Shown here: positions 58,624-64,000 of the stretch, piece by piece
Numbering within the stretch: the stretch's first letter is position 1
Layout of the letters: each line of letters starts with the position of its first letter
Source: an uncultured Candidatus Saccharibacteria bacterium
GTDB taxonomy: Bacteria; Patescibacteriota; Minisyncoccia; UBA6257
DNA length: 64,000 bases
Direction: 5' to 3'
Assembly: GCA_964618625.1 (NCBI GenBank)
Contig: CAZUBI010000001.1
Span: 254,930-318,929 of the forward strand
The notes under the pieces: model-generated
What the model was told of the DNA's origin: nothing
The model's input: the letters and a program-made list of their open reading frames with translations, nothing else
Databases searched by the model: none
Translations under genes and position numbers: made by a program

Positions 58624-59265
58624 TTATTCCCCACCTTTCTTTTCGTACAATTCTATTAATAAACCCTGAACTACGTTATCTTCTTTATCTATTCTATAAG
58701 CCTGAAGTAAAGTCCAACGAGCAGAAGAAAAATCTTCCTGCCAGAGATAAATACGAGCTAGATTTTTAAAAATCGTAATATCGTCTGGATCATTTTCAAT
58801 CTTTTTCAATAACTTTTTTTCTTCATCCTTTGTATTTAAAATATGCGAGGCATCTGTATTATCTTCTATTAACTTTCCTTCGCCAAAAGCTTTAATAATA
58901 CCATTCTCTTTATCTTTTATATCATCATTGTTTTTCCTTTTTCTAATGCTTGATAAATTTTTAAAAATTGTTCTATCAATTCTTAAAATTATTATTCGTG
59001 AACGAACTAAAGATTTTTCTATAAAAAGAAAAAACTGGTTACAGGCTTTTTGATAATTCTCTTTATTAAAAATCCTGCGAAACCTTTCTAAAAATCTTTG
59101 TTTTCCTTTTATTATTTCTCCCTCTTCTGGTTCTTCTGTAATCTTTTCACTTTCTTCGCTTTTTTCGCCTTTAAATATAAAAATCAAACCAACTATGCCT
59201 AGAATAATCAAAAGGGGCGGAAGAATATTAAACATATTAAATTTTGAAACGAATAAAACGACCAA
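58624..59265 (-). CDS. hypothetical membrane-anchored protein with TPR-like C-terminus
   Basis: N-terminal TM; C-terminal LARIYLWQEDFSSARWTLLQAY. Confidence 0.35.
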   Translation of the reverse strand: MVVLFVSKFNMFNILPPLLIILGIVGLIFIFKGEKSEESEKITEEPEEGEIIKGKQRFLERFRRIFNKENYQKACNQFFLFIEKSLVRSRIIILRIDRTIFKNLSSIRKRKNNDDIKDKENGIIKAFGEGKLIEDNTDASHILNTKDEEKKLLKKIENDPDDITIFKNLARIYLWQEDFSSARWTLLQAYRIDKEDNVVQGLLIELYEKKGGE

Positions 59266-59821
59266 CTTCTATATTCTCGCCAAATTTGGCAACAGCTTCC
59301 TGAATTAATTGATCAATGTTTTTAGTTTCGTCTTTAATAAAAATCTGTTTATTTAAGCAAACTTGTTGAAATTCCTTTTCAAACTTGCCATCAATTATCT
59401 TTTTTATGATTTCTGGCGGTTTATTGCTTTTTTTAAATTCTTCCATATATTCTTTCTTCTTTTCTTCAATTATTTCTTCGGGAATTTCTTTGGAAGAAAC
59501 GTATTGTGGATTTAAAGCTGCTATGTGCATTGCTAAATCATAAGCCAGTTTTTTAAAATCAGGATTATTAGCCACAAAACTAGTTTCGCAACGCAATTCT
59601 ACTAAAACGCCTAATTGATTATTTGAATGGATGTATACTTCTATCATCCCGGATTTTGTGTCATTATCCTGCTTTTTCTCAGCTCGCAATTGCCCTTTTT
59701 TCTTTAATATTGCATTTGCTTTAGAAATATCCCCCTTTGCTTCTTCCAGGGCTTTTTTACACTCCATTACAGGGGCAAAAGTTTGTTTTCTTAATTTTTG
59801 AACATCATCAATTGGTACCAT
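59237..59821 (-). CDS. tsf: elongation factor Ts (short form)
   Basis: UBA-like N-terminus KLRKQTFAPVMECKKALEEA. Confidence 0.85.
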   Translation of the reverse strand: MVPIDDVQKLRKQTFAPVMECKKALEEAKGDISKANAILKKKGQLRAEKKQDNDTKSGMIEVYIHSNNQLGVLVELRCETSFVANNPDFKKLAYDLAMHIAALNPQYVSSKEIPEEIIEEKKKEYMEEFKKSNKPPEIIKKIIDGKFEKEFQQVCLNKQIFIKDETKNIDQLIQEAVAKFGENIEVGRFIRFKI

Positions 59822-59844
59822 TGTTATCTATTAATTGTTAGTTA

Positions 59845-60606
59845 TTATTTGTCTTCCTTTGCCTGTTTTATGGCTTGATCCACTTTATCTAAAATATAAT
59901 CAATGGAGGACTTTGCGCTATCATTAGCAGGAATCGGATAATTTATAGAGGTTGGATCATCATCAGTATCTAATACTGCCACAATTGGAATTTTTATTAT
60001 GCGCGCCTCTTTTGCCGCAGTATCATGAATTTTAGGATCTATAATAAATAAAGCATCAGGCAACTTAGACGTATCTTTTAAACCGACAAATTGCTCTTCC
60101 AATTTAGCCATCTCCTCCTCTAGTTTCCTTCTCTCGTGTTTGGTATATTTTTGCCATTCACCAGATTTCTTTTTTTCTTCCAATTCTTTCAAATATTTAA
60201 TCCTCTCATTTAATGTTTTAAAATTTGTTAAAGTTCCGCCTAACCAACGATTAGTAACATAGGGAAAATTATATTTTTTTGCTAATTTTTCAATCCCGTT
60301 TTTTGCTCCTGGTATAGCTCCGACAAAAAGAATTGTACTACCTTTTTTAATTATTTCCTTCATAAAATCCAAAGCCACTTCTAATGCTTTTGCTGTTTCG
60401 CCTAAATCAATGAAAGATACCTCTGTACTGGATTTAAGAGTAAAATATGCGGCTTGAGGATGATTGCGGGTCTTCTTATGACCATAATGCACTCCCGCTT
60501 TTTCCATTTCAACTTCTTCAACTGATTGTTGTTTTTCTTCTACCATATTGTTGTGTTTTTCTAATCTACCACAAAAGATGGTAGGAATCAAGAAGTTTAA
60601 AAACAC
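59845..60606 (-). CDS. rpsB: 30S ribosomal protein S2
   Basis: AGVHYGHKKTRNHP...; 253 aa. Confidence 0.9.
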   Translation of the reverse strand: MFLNFLIPTIFCGRLEKHNNMVEEKQQSVEEVEMEKAGVHYGHKKTRNHPQAAYFTLKSSTEVSFIDLGETAKALEVALDFMKEIIKKGSTILFVGAIPGAKNGIEKLAKKYNFPYVTNRWLGGTLTNFKTLNERIKYLKELEEKKKSGEWQKYTKHERRKLEEEMAKLEEQFVGLKDTSKLPDALFIIDPKIHDTAAKEARIIKIPIVAVLDTDDDPTSINYPIPANDSAKSSIDYILDKVDQAIKQAKEDK

Positions 60607-60630
60607 TACGACTGAAAAGCCGTAGTGTTA
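60602..60630 (-). promoter_or_regulatory. hairpin in the rpsB 5' leader
   Basis: CACTACG-actgaaaagc-CGTAGTG immediately upstream of the rpsB start. Confidence 0.3.
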
Positions 60631-60757
60631 CAGTGGGACTTGTCCTCAAATACGAGAACATTTATTATATTATCACATTATATAAACTAAAGTCAACCCT
60701 TCCCCTATATTTTTATTGCTTTTTTAAGCTTTTTTTGCTACAATTTCTTTATTCCTT

Positions 60758-60809
60758 AATTTGAGCGAAGCGAAAATCAAGGTTCTGTGAACAAAGTAAA
60801 CAGGTTCTT
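60758..60809. repeat. ~50-bp conserved intergenic element, copy C (reverse orientation), in the rpmE 5' UTR
   Basis: aatttgagcgaagcgaaaatcaaggttctgtgaacaaagtaaacaggttctt; ends 13 nt before the rpmE ATG. Confidence 0.6.
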
Positions 60810-60822
60810 ATGATACAAACTT

Positions 60823-61113
60823 ATGAAAAAAGACATCCATCCAAAATACAATACTAAAGCAACTGTAAGTTGCGCTTGCGGGGCTAAATTTGATGTTGGC
60901 TCTACTATTGATAAAATGGAAATTGAAATTTGCTCACGCTGCCATCCTTTTTATACCGGGCAAAAAAAATTGATAGATACTGCTGGTCGTGTCCAAAAAT
61001 TTAAAAATCGACTTGAAAAAACAAAGAGTATCAAAAGTAAAAAACCTATCTTGAGTAAAATTGAGAAAAGAAAGAAAAAAAACAAACAAAAAGGCAAAAA
61101 ACTCGCTAAATAG
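60823..61113 (+). CDS. rpmE: 50S ribosomal protein L31 (Cys-containing, with Lys-rich C-terminal tail)
   Basis: MKKDIHPKY...CACGAKF...CSRCHPFYTG. Confidence 0.88.
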   Translation: MKKDIHPKYNTKATVSCACGAKFDVGSTIDKMEIEICSRCHPFYTGQKKLIDTAGRVQKFKNRLEKTKSIKSKKPILSKIEKRKKKNKQKGKKLAK

Positions 61114-61128
61114 CGGAAAAAGAAATAA

Positions 61129-62175
61129 ATGAAATTAGAAAAATTAGAAAAAGAAAAAGAAAATCTTTTTAAGAAACTCGGTAGCCCTGAGTTTCTTTCA
61201 AATAAAAAGAATTTTGAAGAAGCTTCCCGTAAATTGAAAAAAATTGAAGGCGAGATAAATTTTCTTAAAACACTCGCAAAAACAGAGAAAAAGATAAAAG
61301 AAGCTAAAGAAATTTTAGCTGAGGCGACTGATGATGAACTTTTGTCTTTGGCAGAAGAAGATTTAAAAAAGAATAAACAATTAAAAGAAAAGATTTTAGC
61401 AGAAAAGGCAAAAAAATTGGAAGAAAACAATAATGCATCTGTGATTAAAGGCATTGTGGTGGAGATTAGGGCTGGAACTGGAGGCGAAGAAGCGGCATTA
61501 TTCGCTCATAACTTATTCAGAATGTATAATCGATATGCTGAAAACAAAGGATGGCCAATTAAAATTATTAATATGAATAAAACGGCATTAGATGGCTTAA
61601 AAGAAGGAGTAATGGAAATAAATAATAAAGAATCTTTTGAAAACCTAAAATACGAAGCTGGTGTGCATCGAGTTCAAAGAATACCATTTACTGAAAAATC
61701 TGGACGTATTCACACTTCTACAGCAACAGTAGCCATTCTTCCTCAAGTAAAAAATATAAAGATAGAAATCAAGACAGAGGATTTAGAAGAAACATTTTTT
61801 CGTTCTTCGGGTCCAGGCGGACAAAACGTCCAAAAAGTAGAAACAGCAGTGCGTATTATACACAAACCTACAGGCATAGTAGTTACCTGCCAAAGCGAAA
61901 GACAGCAAAAACAAAACAGGGAAAAAGCTTTGGAATTCCTAAAAAATAAAGTTTTTAATAAAAAGCAAAAGGAGGCGATAGGAAAAACAGAAAAAGAAAG
62001 ACGCGACCAAATAGGTCGCGCCGAGAGATCAGAAAAAATTCGTACTTATAATTTTCCACAGGATCGTATCACTGACCATCGTATTAAAAAATCCTGGCAT
62101 AATATTGAACAAGTCCTCAATGGAAATTTAGATGAAATAATTAGAGATATTAAAAAGGAATATCATCAGGAATAA
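61129..62175 (+). CDS. prfA: peptide chain release factor 1
   Basis: GGQ (SSGPGGQNVQKVETAVR); tripeptide region RIPFTEKSGRIHTS (PFT instead of PA/VT). Confidence 0.88.
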   Translation: MKLEKLEKEKENLFKKLGSPEFLSNKKNFEEASRKLKKIEGEINFLKTLAKTEKKIKEAKEILAEATDDELLSLAEEDLKKNKQLKEKILAEKAKKLEENNNASVIKGIVVEIRAGTGGEEAALFAHNLFRMYNRYAENKGWPIKIINMNKTALDGLKEGVMEINNKESFENLKYEAGVHRVQRIPFTEKSGRIHTSTATVAILPQVKNIKIEIKTEDLEETFFRSSGPGGQNVQKVETAVRIIHKPTGIVVTCQSERQQKQNREKALEFLKNKVFNKKQKEAIGKTEKERRDQIGRAERSEKIRTYNFPQDRITDHRIKKSWHNIEQVLNGNLDEIIRDIKKEYHQE

Positions 62176-62596
62176 TTTCCCCTGATTCTTCTTCCAAAAC
62201 AGGAAGATCTTCCTTATTTGAATCCGCTTTTTCTGGCGGCATTTTTAATTCTTCTCCTTCTTCTTGCATTCTTCGGGGACCAAAACTAATATTTTCAGAA
62301 ATAATTTCAATTCTGGTTCTTTTTTGTTCATTCGCATCAACCCAACTTCTGGATCTAATTCTTCCTTCCACAAAAACCAAACGACCTTTAGCAAGATACT
62401 GATTGCATGACTCAGCCATTTTTCCCCAAACTACTACATTATGAAATTCCACTTCTTGTTGTTTTTCCCCATTTGCATTTACCCACGCTCTATTAGTAGC
62501 TACCCCGAAATTAGCTACTGATTTACCAGAAGGCGTATTATGGAGCGTAACATCTCTAGTAAGATTACCAATAATAAACACTTTATTTAAATTCAT
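62150..62596 (-). CDS. ssb: single-stranded DNA-binding protein
   Basis: OB fold; acidic C-terminal tail DDIPF. Confidence 0.88.
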   Translation of the reverse strand: MNLNKVFIIGNLTRDVTLHNTPSGKSVANFGVATNRAWVNANGEKQQEVEFHNVVVWGKMAESCNQYLAKGRLVFVEGRIRSRSWVDANEQKRTRIEIISENISFGPRRMQEEGEELKMPPEKADSNKEDLPVLEEESGEIIPDDIPF

Positions 62597-62654
62597 AATT
62601 TTATTTCCGCCAGGTGGCGGATTATCTAATGTTTTCGACCCTGCCCCTCTGTTT

Positions 62655-63143
62655 TTATTCTTCTTTAAGGATTTCGCTAAGTTTTTTATCTAATTCCTCA
62701 AGACTAATTACTTTTTCCTCTTCTTTGCCCTCTATAGCTTTTTTATCCACCGAAGCTTTAGCGAAGGTAGAAACAGAAGAAGGATCCTTTTGTTTCCTAA
62801 AAACAGGCTTCCTGAAGGTGGAGCGCGGAACTTTTCGTTTTTCTTCCGGTTTTATATTCAAAACCATAAAGCGAATAAAGTCATCATTTAGCCTGAGTTC
62901 TTCTTCTAAGCGCGCCAAAGAATCTTTAGATAATTTAAATTGAATATAGCCAAAATAAGCATTCCTTTCTTTCTTTACAGGATAAGCCAACTGTTTTAAT
63001 TGAGGCGATTGACTAAAAATTGTCAAGGCGCCTGATTTTTCTAATTGCTTCAATAAATTATCAAATTTTTGCTCAATTGCTTTCTCCTCTAATCGAGACG
63101 AAAACCAAAAAGATAATTCATAATTATTATTTTTCTGTTCCAT
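62655..63143 (-). CDS. rpsF: 30S ribosomal protein S6 (with C-terminal extension)
   Basis: YELSFWFSSRLEE...GYIQF. Confidence 0.8.
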   Translation of the reverse strand: MEQKNNNYELSFWFSSRLEEKAIEQKFDNLLKQLEKSGALTIFSQSPQLKQLAYPVKKERNAYFGYIQFKLSKDSLARLEEELRLNDDFIRFMVLNIKPEEKRKVPRSTFRKPVFRKQKDPSSVSTFAKASVDKKAIEGKEEEKVISLEELDKKLSEILKEE

Positions 63144-63147
63144 AAAT

Positions 63148-64000
63148 CTATTTTTTTGTAATTTGCTTCAAAAGTTCTTTTCCGATTTTAGAATTTTCTT
63201 TTAAAAACGTCCGCGCTGTTTCAAATCCTGCCCCCAATTTTATCTCACCAAAACTGTAAGTTATTCCTCTTTTCGTAATAATGCCTTCTTTAACCCCCAT
63301 ATTTAATAAATCGCCGTAATAAGAAATGCCTTCGTTATAAAGAATATCAAATTCTGTTTCCCTGAAAGGCGGAGCAACTTTATTCTTTACTACCTTTGCT
63401 TTTATGCGCGATCCTATTATTTCATCTCCTTTTTTAATTTGAGCCCTCCTTTTTAATTCAATCCTCACTGAAGAATAAAATTTTAAAGCTTTTCCTCCTG
63501 GGGTAGTAACAGGATTACCAAACATCATCATTCCTATTTGCATTCTTGTTTGATTAGTAAAAATAATTGCTGTGTTGCTTTTATGCGCTATCGCGGCTAA
63601 TTTCCTTAAAGCTCTACTCATTAATCGAGCCTGCAATCCAATTTGTTGATCGCCCATTTCTCCTTCTATTTCAGCTTTTGGGGTTAATGCTGCCACTGAA
63701 TCAACAATGATTAAATCTATTGCTCCTGAACGAACCAAAACTTCTACTATATCCAATGCCTGTTCTCCATTATCAGGTTGAGATATCAATAATTCTTTTG
63801 TTTTTACTCCAATTTTATTAGCATATTCTGGATCAAGAGCATGCTCTGAATCAACAAAAGCCGCCCTCCCCCCTTTTTTTTGAACTTCAGCCACAATATG
63901 AAGAACTAAAGTAGTTTTTCCAGAAGATTCAGCGCCATAAATCTCAACAATTCTTCCTCGTGGAATGCCGCCCACTCCTAAAGCCAAATCTAATGACGGT
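63148..64000 (-). CDS. recA: recombinase RecA (N-terminus beyond window end)
   Basis: [25 protein letters not shown]; the reading frame stays open to the window edge ([10 protein letters not shown]). Confidence 0.9.
   Translation of the reverse strand, partial: PSLDLALGVGGIPRGRIVEIYGAESSGKTTLVLHIVAEVQKKGGRAAFVDSEHALDPEYANKIGVKTKELLISQPDNGEQALDIVEVLVRSGAIDLIIVDSVAALTPKAEIEGEMGDQQIGLQARLMSRALRKLAAIAHKSNTAIIFTNQTRMQIGMMMFGNPVTTPGGKALKFYSSVRIELKRRAQIKKGDEIIGSRIKAKVVKNKVAPPFRETEFDILYNEGISYYGDLLNMGVKEGIITKRGITYSFGEIKLGAGFETARTFLKENSKIGKELLKQITKK

Noticed and set aside
62597-62654. GC hairpin CCGCCaggtGGCGG between rpsF and ssb
   Set aside because: It is likely an intercistronic structure within the rpsF-ssb operon. 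No U-run and no repeat copies, so nothing beyond an ordinary mRNA hairpin.

Overview
This is an AT-rich, gene-dense window, about 80% minus-strand. Its gene content resembles a small-genome, CPR/Patescibacteria-like bacterium, which is an inference; standard code with TAA/TGA/TAG stops appears valid. Hand-derived coordinates for non-ORF features may be off by 1-3 nt. Most of the window is core information processing: rtcB+archease, rpsT, holA, polA, tsaE, leuS, thrS, dnaE, rnhB, miaA, gatB, tmk-HD-thyX, rplK-nusG-secE, obg, ftsEX, prfB-like, pcm, tsf-rpsB, rpmE, prfA, ssb, rpsF, recA (partial), five tRNAs and an unannotated rpmG. Things worth a second look: (1) RtcB is split by a ~517-aa LAGLIDADG intein at its conserved Cys. 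(2) One polypeptide carries two complete tandem GspE/PilB-type secretion ATPase cores. (3) A ~150-nt GC-richer structured RNA candidate sits at 13729..13877 on the minus strand. (4) A putative O-glycosylation/envelope cluster at 13925..22131 (bi-domain oxidoreductase, Wzy_C/O-oligosaccharyltransferase-like TPR protein, PG-binding gluzincin, large Thr-rich surface protein) matches several Thr-rich secreted proteins elsewhere in the window. (5) A ~4-kb cassette-like array of five small accessory genes is separated by six near-identical hairpins. (6) Two paralogous HTH + LAGLIDADG-like proteins each have a 3' end overlapping the 5' end of a tRNA gene. (7) A three-copy ~50-bp intergenic direct-repeat element abuts a 26-codon FKBP gene remnant in one copy. 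(8) The RF2 homologue lacks domain 1, and RF1 carries PFT in place of PA/VT.
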